Of a DNA stretch of 64,000 nt, positions 41,708-55,698 are shown piece by piece (positions within the stretch are counted from its first letter, which is position 1; each line of letters begins with the position of its first letter). Origin of the DNA: Octopus vulgaris. Its lineage: Eukaryota. A program made the translations under genes and the position numbers. The stretch lies in contig OX597817.1 of NCBI GenBank assembly GCA_951406725.2, positions 163,184,001 to 163,248,000 of the forward strand. The letters are read 5' to 3'. The notes beneath the pieces are model-generated. The model saw only the letters and a program-made list of their open reading frames with translations. It made no database searches and had not been told where the DNA came from.

Positions 41708-41926
41708 TCTCTTTTACTCTTTTATTAGTTTCAGTCATTTGACTGCGGCCATGCTGGAGCACCGCCTTTAATCGAGCAACTCGACCCCGGGACTTATTCT
41801 TTTGTAAGCTCAGTACTTATTCTATCGGTCTCTTTTGCCGAACCGCTAAGTAACGGGGACATAAACACACCAGCATCGGTTGTCAAGCAATGGTAGGGGG
41901 ACAAACACAGACACACAAACACACAC

Positions 41927-42003
<77 letters not shown>

Positions 42004-42166
42004 CGACGGGCTTCTTTCAGTTTCCGTCTACCAAATCCACTCACAAGGCTTTGGTCGGCCCGAGGCTATAGTAGAAGACACTTGCCCAAGGTGCCACGTA
42101 GTGGGACTGAACCCGGAACCATGTGGTTGGTAAACAAGCTACTTACCACACAGCTACTTCTGCGCC
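41708..42166 (-). mobile_element. SINE S1 (full length, young)
   Basis: Reverse complement of S1. Confidence 0.9.
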
Positions 42167-42490
42167 TATATATATATATATATATACATTAGAAAAAACC
42201 CCACCTTTTATCAATTCAATAATGAAAAATTAAATTATACCATTTAGAAAAATTACATATTATAGAAAGATTAAATATAAGATAAAACATATAACGATGA
42301 TTAAGTAATGTTGGCTTCCACACAGTTTCCGTTTAGAATTAATTTCTCTCACAAGACATTGTTCAGCCCGTTGCTATGGCAGATGCTTTTCCAAGATTCC
42401 ACGTACTAGAACCGAACATGAAACCACGTTCCATGTGTGTATGAGTGAGTAAGAGTGAGTGAGTGAGGGAGTGAAAGTGAGTGAGTGAGT

Positions 42491-42565
<75 letters not shown>

Positions 42566-43266
42566 GTTGCTAGTATGATATACTTTCAGAATATTCGATT
42601 GTTGTGACATTACACGAGTCAAGTGTCAAATAATGTTAGAATACAAATACTTAGATATCCCATTTCAGGAATAATCTGATGAATGCTAAAATGATTGTCT
42701 TCTTTACAAATATCAGTTTCACGTTTGTTTGTCTACTAATGTATGTTCGTTAGAATAATTCTTCTGCTGTCAATGATACAAAATGTGTAATAATAGCTAG
42801 CTACGAAGAAAATACTTATATCGAATTGCCATCACCAGAAAAACTTTTTCTTATCACAGGAAACTGGAAATTTTATACGTCAATTGTTCCGTTAGTCTCT
42901 TTGTCTTTCTGCCTGTCTGTCTGTCTGTCTCTCGTACACCCCCCAGACACACCCATACACACACACACACAATCACACATTCTAAACATTTTCTCTCACC
43001 CACTTTGTATGTGTATATATATATATAAAAATAAATATAAAAATAAATATAAGAGAATGGTCACTATGTGGCTCATTCTAGCACTAGCAAATCCAAAAGG
43101 TTTCAACCACAAAAATACATGTTTCCCATGAAAGTCAGTACGATTGTTAGCTCACACGAACTTATTAATTAATTATATATATATATATATATATACACAA
43201 GTATGCATATATACATATATTTTTACTTTTGCTCTTCGAAATTGCTTTTCGGTTCAACGAAGTTAT

Positions 43267-43360
<94 letters not shown>

Positions 43361-43503
43361 ATATATATAACAGATAGCTGTCTATCTTCTGTCTGTCTGT
43401 CCATCCGTCTGTGTATCTGTTTGTCTGTCTGTTTATCTATACATAATGTACAATACTATACAGTATGTATAATGTAAAATAATATAGTTAAAAAATAACG
43501 ACG

Positions 43504-43558
<55 letters not shown>

Positions 43559-44036
43559 GTGTGCGCGCATGTGTGTATACATATACACGAAGACCTACTT
43601 AGTCGGTTCCAAATGTCCAATTGTTAAGTGAAAGACAAATTCAAATAGAAATATTATTATAAACGGTAGTTATGTTCATGTCGTTGACATTTGAAAATAG
43701 TATTATTTATTGAGGAGCAATAAAGTAATTTAGGTACAACTAATACTTTAATATATTATACATATTCAATAAATCATTTACAAAGAATAAACGATCGAAT
43801 ATTATTATTGCTTTTTAATTCCTCATCCGATGTTACTTTGTCGTTCATTTTTGGCTCGGTTGAACTAGGTGTCTCTCTTTCCTTCATAGATATGTCAAGA
43901 TGTTTTTTGTGACGTTAGTATTTTCTTGCTGTTCATAAATTTTACGTTAGCAGGCATGAGATTTATTTAGATCGACATCAATATTTCAACTTCACTCGAA
44001 ATTTGTATCTTGAAAAAATATAAAGTATAATGTGAA

Positions 44037-44195
44037 CGTAGGAGTGGCTGTGTGGTAAGTAGCTTGCTAACCGACCACATGGTTCCGGGTTCAGTCCCAC
44101 TGCGTGGCACCTTGAGCAAGTGTCTTCTACTATAGCCTCGGGCCGACCAAAGCCTTCTGAGTAGGTTTGGTAGACGGAAACTGAAAGAAGTCCGT

Positions 44196-44260
<65 letters not shown>

Positions 44261-44489
44261 GTATGTGTGTATATGTTTGTGTGTCTGTGTTTGTCCCACC
44301 CAACACCGCTTGACAACCGGTGGTGGTGTGTTTACGTCCCCGTAACTTAGCGGTCCGGCAAAAGAGAACGATAGAACAAGTACTAGGCATCCAAAGAATA
44401 AATCCTGGGGGCGATTTGCTTGACCAAAGGCGGTGCTCCAGCGTGGCCACAGTCAAATGACTGAAACAAGTAAAAAGAGTAAAAAGAGA
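44037..44489 (+). mobile_element. SINE S1 (full length)
   Basis: Matches S1. Confidence 0.9.
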
Positions 44490-45002
44490 GAAAGATGTGA
44501 AAAGCTTCGTCTAACTATTCAAGAGTGAAAAAACATGAACAGGAGTTTCCATTCTTTGGTTTTATGTTCTATTTCAATGAGGTCGTTGTTTATGAATGTT
44601 TGATCTTATAAACTAAAGTACGTAATATATACCATGCGTAGAAAGTGTAAGGCCCAGTTGGTTAGCGATATTAATCATTATTTCGATCAATCTTTACTGG
44701 TTTTTCAAATCCATGAAAACATCAATAAATTTATGGTAAAAACTTTTCACCAAGTTTCTATCGTAGTTTTCTTAGTTCCAGTCAGCTTTTATTATTGTTA
44801 GCCCATTTAGAACATGGAATAAATTCAAAAAATCCCTTTAGTGCTTCTCCACCTTCCTTATCAAAAACATTTATTAACTGATCAAACGAATGCTGACACA
44901 ATGCGCTGTATATGTTACAATAACATCTTACAGCGGTGTTCGCAAAAATGGCGTATTTGACAGCATTGATAACGAAAGTATTATCTACGATAGCAAGAGA
45001 AA

Positions 45003-45272
45003 TATCTACGATCAGTAGCACATGAAATAGAATATGTTTGTCTTGAATAAAAATATGTCATTGCTTTAACTTCAGGTACAAAGTGACGCAAAAGCCAATT
45101 TTCAAACTGTGAAGCTGTAACCCAAGCTGTTTTATTTGCCTTCCACATGACAGGAAGTGTAGCTTTTACGAGGCCATTAGGTGTACTTGGGTGTTTGACA
45201 CAATGCACAGGCATGTGTCTTAACATACAGTCTTCAGCTGCATTACTTCCAAACGATAACGTTAATCGTTTT
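45003..45272 (-). pseudogene. Tigger/pogo-family (DDE_1) transposase remnant
   Basis: KRLTLSFGSNAAEDC...LVKATLPVMWKANKTAWVTASQFENWLLRHFVPEVK, then a frameshifted FHVLLIVD; these are typical Tigger motifs (RLT, LPV.W..N.KAWVT, LL.VD). Confidence 0.8.
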
Positions 45273-45495
45273 TAGCGATTTTTAACATTATAGTACATTT
45301 TATGGTGTGAGCAAAGCTAGGTCAAACTGAAATTAATTAACTAGAGGCGCACGAATCAGCGTTGTATACAAATATATTAAATATAATTGTGCATACCTAT
45401 ATTTTATTCTACACTGCTTCGTGCACCCCAAGTGTGCATATGTATGCGCGCGCGCGCACACACACGCACACGCACACACACACGCAAATAATCAT

Positions 45496-45655
45496 AGGAA
45501 TGGGTGTGTGGTAAGTAGCTTGCTTACGAACTACACGGTTCCAGGTTCAGTCCCATTGTTTGGCAGCTTGGGCAAGTGTCTTCTACTATAGCCTCGGGCC
45601 AACCAAAGCCTTGTGAGTGGATTTGGTAGACGGAAACTGAAAGAAGCCCTTCGTA

Positions 45656-45741
<86 letters not shown>

Positions 45742-45932
45742 CGTCTGTGTTTGTAACATCGCTTGACAAGCGATGGTGGTGTGTTTACGTCCCCGTAACT
45801 TAGCGGTTCGGCAAAAAGAGACCGATAGAATAAGTACTAGACTTACAAAGAATAAGTCCTGGGGTCGATGTGCTCGACTAAAGGCGGTGCTCCAGCATGG
45901 CCACAGTCAAATAACTGAATCAAGTAAAAGAG
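45496..45932 (+). mobile_element. SINE S1 (full length)
   Basis: Matches S1. Confidence 0.85.
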
Positions 45933-45954
45933 TATATATATATATATATACACG

Positions 45955-46314
<360 letters not shown>

Positions 46315-46623
46315 ATGTACGTATAAGCAATATCATTCACTTAGACAAACAACTAATATAGTCTTATTGTGAACAGTTTGTGTACGTTGTTTTCATTTTG
46401 TTAATTGTGTGTGGTTAACGAGTTTAGTTTAAATGAGACTGCAATAGGCCATTATTTGTATGCTCAGCTTTCCATTGATATCGCAATAAGGAAAGTTAGT
46501 ATCGGTTCATATCACGTACTATTGTTCACACTTTACCTTAATTCATTGAAACAGTTAGAAGAGCGGCAACAATAATATTTCGTAGCTGTCATTTGAATGA
46601 AGTGCTGAAGGAGTCTCGCGACA

Positions 46624-46694
46624 TTAAACGTATCTATCAATTTTCAACTTACACAATTTCTCAGATAACTTCCTATTTTCTTCATAATAATAAT

Positions 46695-46768
<74 letters not shown>

Positions 46769-46815
46769 TCATGATAATAATAATAATAATGATCATGATA
46801 ATAATAATAATAATA

Positions 46816-46858
<43 letters not shown>

Positions 46859-46947
46859 TAATAATAATAATAATAAAAATAATAATAATAATGACAATAA
46901 TAATAATGATCATGATAATGATGATAATAATAAAAATAATAATAATG

Positions 46948-47038
<91 letters not shown>

Positions 47039-47596
47039 TGATAATGATGATGATCATGATAATAATAATAATGATAATAATAATGATGATAATGATGATG
47101 ATCATGATAATAATAATAATAATGATCATGATAATGATGATGATGATAATAATAATTATGATGATGATGATGATGATGATGATGATAATATAATAATAAT
47201 TATGATGATGATGATGATGATGATAATTTTGACATGAGACCAGTAATTTCGGGGATGGGCAAGTCGATCACATTGACCCAGTGCTTATCTGGTACTTATT
47301 TTATCGAATCGAAAGCGTGAAAGGATATGTCGACCCCGGCGGCATTTGAACCAAGAACGTAAAGACGCACGAACCGCCGCTAAGCATTTTGCCGACATGC
47401 TAACGATTTTTGGCTTTTTTTCATTTTGACGTCGATAAAATCAGTACCAGCTGAATACTGGGGCTTGTGTAATCGATTTGCTCCTTTTCCCCACCAAATT
47501 TCAGGTCTTTTGCTAATTGTAGAAAGGATTACTATTTTTATAATTATCAAGATTACATCATCACCCTCGTCCTCATCATAGCTGTCATCGTCGTCG

Positions 47597-47651
<55 letters not shown>

Positions 47652-47758
47652 AATTATTATCATCACCAGCTGCAGCGTTATCTTTGTCTTCGCCATCATC
47701 ATCCCGAGCTTTATTCAATAAACCAATACTTTCAGAAATATGATAAATACATCCATAG
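46624..47758 (+). repeat. Copy 1 of a direct local duplication (partner 50524-51623)
   Basis: Shares a unique left flank, (AAT)n, a back-to-back S2 pair, (ATC)n and the right flank gagctttattcaataaac.aatactttcagaaatatgataaata with copy 2. Confidence 0.85.
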
Positions 47759-48174
47759 TTTGCCACAACGCGTTGAAGCTGCTGCTGCAGCACAACGCGT
47801 TTTTGACACTTGACGTGTTACAATACACTTTCACAGAAACACAAATGTCAAAAGGCTTTTCAGATCAATACAAGATGCCTTCAAGTGATGCTATAAATGT
47901 CTCGAACTTAGGTTACAGTCTGTTAAATTTCACACATTATTCAACGAAACGCATCTCCTCTTACTTTCATCCTTGGTTAGTTCTGTAGCTATTACTGATA
48001 TTTTTAGACGCTACTGTTTCTTTTGATATTTCTGTTGTTGTTTAACCTAATTTATCTCGGATCGTACTCTATGTTCGAAGGAATAAATGCAGAGAGTATC
48101 CCAGCTCGCCATATATATATATATATCGGAGAATGAATATTGATATATATTATATGCACTTATTATATAATATA

Positions 48175-48696
48175 CTAGCAGTATCGCCCGGCGTTGCTCG
48201 GGTTTATAAGGGAAATAAATATATAAGCATTTTTAGTGAGTTATAGCAAAAAAATAGCAAAAAATGCATTAAAAATGGAATAAAAAATGATGGTAATTTT
48301 GGTGTCTTCAAGCCATGAAGTCGTTGTTCTAAAAGAACGCTGGTCTCCTTGACGATGTTTTACGACGTTGATTTCCTTACACTCCCTTCCCCACAGCTTC
48401 ACGAGGGAGGGAAGAAGGGGGAGAAGCAACACAGGTGCAGGTGTGACCATGGACGCCAACTCCGCCGCCATCGACACACGAAAAAATATGCGTTAAAATG
48501 GAAAAAAATGATGTTAAATTATTTTTAAAATCGTAGACTCATCTTAGACTCGCGCTAATACCCAGACGGGCTCGATATGAATCACGACTATAAGATACCC
48601 GAATTTGGTTAAACTGCACCGCAAAATGTGGGAGTAGTTAGGAATCTAAATCGTAGGAGACAGACACTCACACAACTACAGTTTTATATATATAGA
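48175..48696 (-). mobile_element. Non-autonomous Helitron
   Basis: Minus strand 5'-TC...hairpin cccgagcaacgccggg...CTAG-3', inserted between A and T. Confidence 0.8.
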
Positions 48697-49008
48697 TATA
48701 TATCGGAGAATAAATATTGATGTATATTATATGCAGTTATTATATAATATATATATATATAATATATATATATATATTGTATATAATATTGTATATAATA
48801 TATATATATTGTATATATAATATATATATAATACATATATAATATATATATATAATACATATATAATATATATAATATATATATAATATATATATATAAT
48901 ATATATGTATAATATATATATATATATAATATATATGTATAATATATATATAATAGAATATATATGTATGATATATATAATATATGTATATATATCCATT
49001 TATATATA

Positions 49009-49924
49009 CTAGCTGACGTATCCGGTAATTCCCGGGAAAGTGTGGCTTATCCCTTGGTTCCGTCCTCATAATTGTTTCGCGATTCCAATAACAGCAATAC
49101 AAAGTATGTAGCCCCTAAAATGATTTTTGTACATTTACAGAGAATACCGAACTGTCTTATACAGGATCTTGTTTTTAATAAATTCCCAATGAGTTATGAA
49201 TACACAAATTGTGAAGTCAGTTATGTCGTAACATGAAATTAGTTACTTGATAATAAGAATTCAAATAAAGTAGATCCCAAAAGAGCTTTAATGCGTTCCC
49301 AGAATATATAGAACATAGGCGGAAATACTAATAAGGTATGTATACTAAAATCGTGAAGCATGTTACGTCATAATAGACTAATCAGGTATGAGATATTAAA
49401 AATTCAAAGTAAATAACTCTAAAAATGGCTTTTGTGCGTTCCCAGATAATATTACCCCCACGGGCGCTAGTGTTGTTATATTCATGAATAAGTCACTAAC
49501 CGAAATAAGTGGGTCCATTGTTTAGGAAAATACTATTTACTTGTTTAAGGTTTGTACTGGATAAATTGCGAAAATAACTCTAACAGTTCGAATACTAAGA
49601 AATAAGCACACTCAATTTCATTTTTACCAAATAATTTAGGAAAGTGAATAGGTTATTTCTTTTGGCTATATATAAGAATCCTTCTAGGGCCGAATGGGTT
49701 ATTTCCTATGGTTTTTAAAATAAAATATATTAGATATATATAAAGACCCCTTCCATTGGCTCTGTTATCGATTTTTTCAACAATATAGGTATGTCATGAG
49801 GTTTCCAGACAAGAGTTCTCCTCACATATCAAGTTTCATCAAAATCAATAAAACGATGTAGGAGGAGTTAGCTAACAACTCCACAAACAAACACACAGAC
49901 AGAATTTCCCACATATGTAGTAGA
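49009..49924 (-). mobile_element. Non-autonomous Helitron (second family)
   Basis: 5'-TC terminus at 49924, subterminal hairpin cccgggaattaccgga, CTAG 3' end at 49009, AT target. Confidence 0.7.
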
Positions 49925-50523
49925 TTTATATATAAATATATTGTCAGAAAGTGGCTGATCACGTTCCTAGAAGAAAACAAACAACCTTCTCACAAACACG
50001 CAGCATGGCTTCTGTCCAGAGATGAGTTGCTCCACACAGTTGCTCCAGCATGGTTGCAGTCAAATGACTGAAACAAGTAAAAGAATAAAAGATTATATAT
50101 ATATATATATATATGCTTACATACATGCACACACGTATATATACATATATCACAATGATATAGGATTATATATGAAATGACATTTCCAGCCACATAATAA
50201 TACATATGGCATGATACAACCCTACATCAATGCCTATGACATAACACTGATGTAAATATAAACGTCTATCTATGTTTGGTCTAAATCCCCTGTCTCAGTT
50301 TCTTATCTGACATGATACTGGTGTTCTTATTTTTCATCACTTTACGGTCGTTTTGCTATATTTTTCGGTAGTAAATCTGTGCACTCTCTTTTCTTGTCTG
50401 TAGTATTTTGAGCATTTCTCAATAAAAGTATCTCCAGTTACTCGCGTTCTGTTTGTTCTGTTTGCATAACTGATATTTCAGATTTTGTTGATACGATATA
50501 ACAACACATATGTCATAACTATG

Positions 50524-50616
50524 TTAAACATAGCTATCAATTTTCAATTTACATAATTTTACAGATACCTTCATATTTCCTTCATAATAATAATAATAAC
50601 GATGATAATAATATTA

Positions 50617-50687
<71 letters not shown>

Positions 50688-51498
50688 TTCTAATTGATGT
50701 ATCAATACCGGCAGATGACAACGTGTCTCTAAAAGAAATGGAGAAACTCTCAAAATACAAAGACCTGGAAATAGAGGTAACTAGAATGTGGAACCTGAAA
50801 ACAGAAACAATTCCTATCATAGTAGGTGCATTAGGCATGATAAAAAAATATTCAGACAAATACATAACAAAAACACCAGGACTTACAAACACATATAACA
50901 TACAGAAAATTGCACTACTAGGCACTGCACACATCCTACGCAGAACACTTTCCATACAATAACCATCAGAGCATCACAACAAATCACAGCACATACCCAA
51001 GGCACACAGAGCTGCGCTCGGCAGTGAAGTGAAAGCACGCTATAAAAATAAAACTACTGAATAATAATAATAATAATAATAGTAATAATGGCTTCAAATT
51101 TTGACATAAGACCAGTATTTTCGTGGATGGTAAGTCGATCACACCGACCCAGTGCTAGAGTGGTACTTAGGTTATCGACCCGAAAGGATGAAAATATATG
51201 TCGATCCCAGCGGCATTTGAACCAAGAACGTAAAGATGCACGAAATGGCGCAAAGCATTTTGACGACATGCTAACGATTTTGCCTTTTTTTGCTTTCGAC
51301 GTCGATAAAAAAGTACCAGTTAAATACTGGGGCTTGTGTAATCGATTTGCTCCTTCCCCCCAAATTTCAGGTATTTTGCTAATCGTAGAAAGGATTATTA
51401 TTTTTATAATTATCATGATTACATCATCACCTTCGTCCTCATAGTTGTCGTCGCCGCCGATGACAACATCATCATCATCATTATCGACGTCGTCGTCG

Positions 51499-51537
<39 letters not shown>

Positions 51538-51623
51538 GCTGCAGCGTTATCTTCGTCATCGTCATCATCACGAGCTTTATTCAATAAACGAATACTTTCA
51601 GAAATATGATAAATATATTCATA
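50524..51623 (+). repeat. Copy 2 of the direct duplication (contains a Dong insertion)
   Basis: Colinear with 46624-47758. Confidence 0.85.
50687..51059 (+). mobile_element. Dong/R4 family A, 5'-truncated, in (AAT)n
   Basis: FLIDVSIPADDNVSLKEMEKLSKYKDLEIEVTRMWNLKTETIPIIVGALG...HILRRTLSIQ*; near-identical to the 55-kb copy. Confidence 0.92.
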
Positions 51624-51704
51624 GCATCATTTCTTGCCGGTAGATCGACCACATAGAGGCTCTTGCGCTGATTCCTTGCTTTTGTAGTTGTCCTATTGTT
51701 GTTA

Positions 51705-51746
<42 letters not shown>

Positions 51747-51774
51747 GTAATAATAATAATAATAATAATAATTC

Positions 51775-52596
51775 TTTTTAATTTTGGCACAAAGCCAGCA
51801 ATTTTGAAGGTAGGAGCCAAACGGATTACATCGAACCTAGTGCTTGACTAGTACTTTATTTTATCGATCCCGAGAGGCTGAAAGGTAACGTTGACCTCGG
51901 CCGGATTTGAACTCACAATAGAGAGAACCGAAAGAAATGCCACTAAGCATTTTGTCCGGCAAGCTTAACGAATTTGCCGGCTCGCCACCTTGTTAGACGT
52001 GAAAATAATCATAATTGTTTCAAATTTTGACACAAGGACAGTTATTTTAGAGGTAGGGACTAGTCAATTACCTCGACCCCAGTACCGAACTGGTATTTAT
52101 TTAATCGACCCCGAAAGGATGAAAGGTAAAGTGGTCCTCGGCGGATTTTGAACTTAGAACGCGATGACAGACGAAATGCCTATTTCTTTACTACCCACAA
52201 GGAGCTAACCACAGACGGGACAAACAAGGACAGACAAACGGACTAAGTCGATTATATCGACCCCAGTGCGTAACTGGTACTTAATTTATCGACCCTGAAA
52301 GGATGAAAGGCAAAGTCGACCTCGGCGGAATTCGAACTTAGAACATGATGACGGACGAAATGCCTATTTATTTACTACCCACAGGGGGCTAACCACAGAG
52401 GGGATAAACAAGGACAGACAAACGGATTAAGTCGATTATATCGACCCCAGTGCGTACCTGGTACTTAATTTATCGACCCCGAAAGGATGAAAGGCTAAGT
52501 CGACCTCGGCGGAATTCGAACTCAGAACGTAACGGCAGACGAAATGCGGCTATACATTTCGCCCGGCGTGCTAACGATTCTGCTAGCTCGCCGCCT
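51775..52596 (-). mobile_element. SINE S2 monomer (51775-51990) plus S2 trimer (52015-52596)
   Basis: Repeated S2 cores at ~185-bp period. Confidence 0.85.
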
Positions 52597-53153
52597 TTGA
52601 CAGACGAAATGCCGATAAGCAATTTGCCAGGCTTGCTGCCTTGTTAGACGTAATAATGATCATAATGATTAATAGAAAGTGTAGGACTATGATGGCATCA
52701 ATATGATTATAAGAAGCGCTCTGCTGACTGCCACAGGTGCTTCTACTCTAATTAACAAAAAAATAGAATTCTTTCAATTTTTTGTTTGTTTGTATGGTTC
52801 ACATTTTTCAAACGTTGTTAATCTTGATTTTCCTTTTCAGTATTTGTTTCCCTGGTTTTTCGGTTCTTAACACAAATCAATAATTATAAAATCTGGAAAA
52901 AATATCAGCAAATATTATCGTACAACCGAAATGTATAACATCTCATAATATTCAGAAACAACAACTTCTTTATTTTTTTCTTTCTATCACGCATTTTTAA
53001 TCTTATTTTCTGTCTTTCTATCATATGTATACATTATTTATATAAACGCACTTATATAGATACACACATACATAAATATGCACATATGTACTTGTATACA
53101 TGCATATGTGTACACACATGCATACACACAGAGCCTAGCTCGATAGTTTTCTA

Positions 53154-53243
<90 letters not shown>

Positions 53244-54321
53244 GACCTACACCATCATCTCTGCGTGTATCTATGTATATATATATATATAAATATCGAT
53301 ACATTTGAGTTCGGGAATTTAAGGGAATACTAGTAAAAAAGAAGACGGCGGTAAATTATTTATATGAAAGTGCAATGAACTGGAAGAAAAACTTATTGAT
53401 TTTTCTCAGTTTCACAGTAGGAAATTGATTCCTTATTAGCTAAGCACCATCCGCTAAAATTCGATATTGTGAAATATTTCGTGGACTCAACACAGGTGTA
53501 ATAAATTATCATGAAGTTAGATTTACATATGAAGAATACAACCGATTAAATGAACTCCAATATATATTTGCCATTTATTGCATCGATTTCAAATCGATAA
53601 ATGCTTCTTTGTAATGCATGCAGGTTTGAAATGCAGCTTGCTCAACTATCCTCTCGTTCTGAAGATACTTGTAATGCAATTTCATTGCAGTTGTTGTCGT
53701 TCTTGTTCTAGTTTTTGTTTAACCCCAGGTCAGCCTCGATCAATCAGGCCTGTGATCGAAGGCGTTCCAACCTTAACCATTCCACTGTTTAAGACAGTGC
53801 ATCTAGATAAAAAAATTATAAAAGCTAAAGGAGCGTTGCTAAGAACAAAGAAGAGATTGTTAAAAGAAAAAAATCAATGCCATGTCCACTAATGATGCAC
53901 GTATGCAGAAGGTGGACAATAAACAAACAAGATAGAAGGAAAATTAATGTGTTCGATATGATGCTGGAGAGAACGATTGAGAATATCATGAACAGAGGGA
54001 AGAACAAACAGATCGATAATGCAGCAAGGGAAACATGAGAGCATTCTAGATGCATTGATTGTCAAATAAAGATTAAAATATTTTGTCACGTTGTAAGAGT
54101 AGATGGCATAGAAATAGTATTATGTTGAGAAAAATTGACGGTTCAAGAGAAGGACGACTACACATGTATATACAGTGGGTAGATGGAAGCGAATGAAACG
54201 TGGAGGGTGATGTCCATAAATCAGCTGAAGATGAGTGAGAGATAGGCAGTACAAGAGACGTATAACCATAAGATTATCAGATATCGAACATGACATGGGG
54301 CTGCGTTGAGAGGATTATAAT

Positions 54322-54534
54322 AATCTTTTCCACTATACGACACAAGACTTGAAATTTTGGGGGAGGGGCAACTGGGTTACCTCAATCCCAGTTCTCAACT
54401 GGTACTTATTTTATCGTTCCCGAAAGGATGAAAGGCAAAGTCGACCTCGGCAGAATTTGAACTCAGTACATAAAGATGGATGAAATGGCGCTAAGCATTT
54501 TGTCAGGCGTGCTAACGATGCTGCTGGGTCGCCT
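54322..54534 (-). mobile_element. SINE S2 monomer
   Basis: Reverse complement of S2. Confidence 0.8.
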
Positions 54535-54539
54535 ACTTT

Positions 54540-54604
<65 letters not shown>

Positions 54605-54605
<1 letters not shown>

Positions 54606-54940
54606 TAGCATCTCAAGGCGACTACAGTAACAGTGATTGTAAGATCTCTAGGAATGTTAAAAAAGGTGCTGAAACCTATTTGAAAATGATACCAGGCTTA
54701 CCATTCCCACAGGAAGAGTAAAAAATCGTGTTAACTGGAACGGCTCATGTATTGAGAAGAGCATTATCGCTGTGTAAACAACATCCATTCATGAATTTAT
54801 TTATTTATTAATTTTTTAAATGCATATTTTACCTGTGAATTTGCGTGTGTAATCTGGGAATGCATACAATGAGCTTCTCTGCCCTGTGTGTGTGGAAAAC
54901 ACTCGGCGAGAAATGGAAAAAAATTTGAAGAAAGGAAATG
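54605..54940 (+). mobile_element. Dong/R4 family B, decayed 3' end in (AAT)n
   Basis: KKGAETYLKMIPGLP...IVLTGTAHVLRRALS and a 3' UTR similar to 22144-22518. Confidence 0.8.
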
Positions 54941-54950
54941 ATAATAAGGA

Positions 54951-55028
<78 letters not shown>

Positions 55029-55031
<3 letters not shown>

Positions 55032-55629
55032 GAATATATTCACAGACACGACAGAGTTGGAACTTACATACATTGGAAGCTATGCCAACATTATGGAATA
55101 ACAACAGAAAAAAGATGGTATAGGCACACACCAGAAAAGGTCACAGAAAACGAGAAAGCAACCATACTCTGGGATATGCCGATACACACAGATAGAGAAA
55201 TTAAGGCCAACAGACCAGATATAGTTGTCAGAGACCATGAAGAAAAAAAATGCTTTCTAATTGATGTATCAGTACCGGCAGATGACAACGTGTCTCTAAA
55301 AGAAATGGAGAAACTCTCAAAATACAAAGACCTGGAAATAGAGGTAACTAGAATGTGGAATCTGAAAACAGAAACAATTCCTATCATAGTAGGTGCATTA
55401 GGCATGATAAAAAAATATTCAGACAAATACATAACAAAAACACCAGGACTTACAAACACATATAACATACAGAAAATTGCACTACTAGGCACTGCACACA
55501 TCCTACGCAGAACACTTTCCATACAATAACCATCAGAGCATCACAACAAATCACAGCACATACCCAAGGCACACAGAGCTGCGCTCGGTAGTGAAGTGAA
55601 AGCACGCTATAAAAATAAAAATAAAACTA

Positions 55630-55632
<3 letters not shown>
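55029..55632 (+). mobile_element. Dong/R4 family A, 5'-truncated; open endonuclease frame at 55032-55529
   Basis: EYIHRHDRVGTYIHWKLCQHYG...WYRHTPEKVTENEKATILWDMPIHTDREIKANRPDIVVRDHEEKKCFLIDVSVP...KLSKY: RHD and PD..D motifs of the restriction-like endonuclease; (AAT)n target as established for Dong elements. Confidence 0.93.

Positions 55633-55698
<66 letters not shown>

Noticed and set aside
52015-52596. CRISPR-like or satellite interpretation of the regularly spaced repeats
   Set aside because: Units are whole ~185-bp SINE bodies without unique spacers; eukaryotic context and no cas genes.
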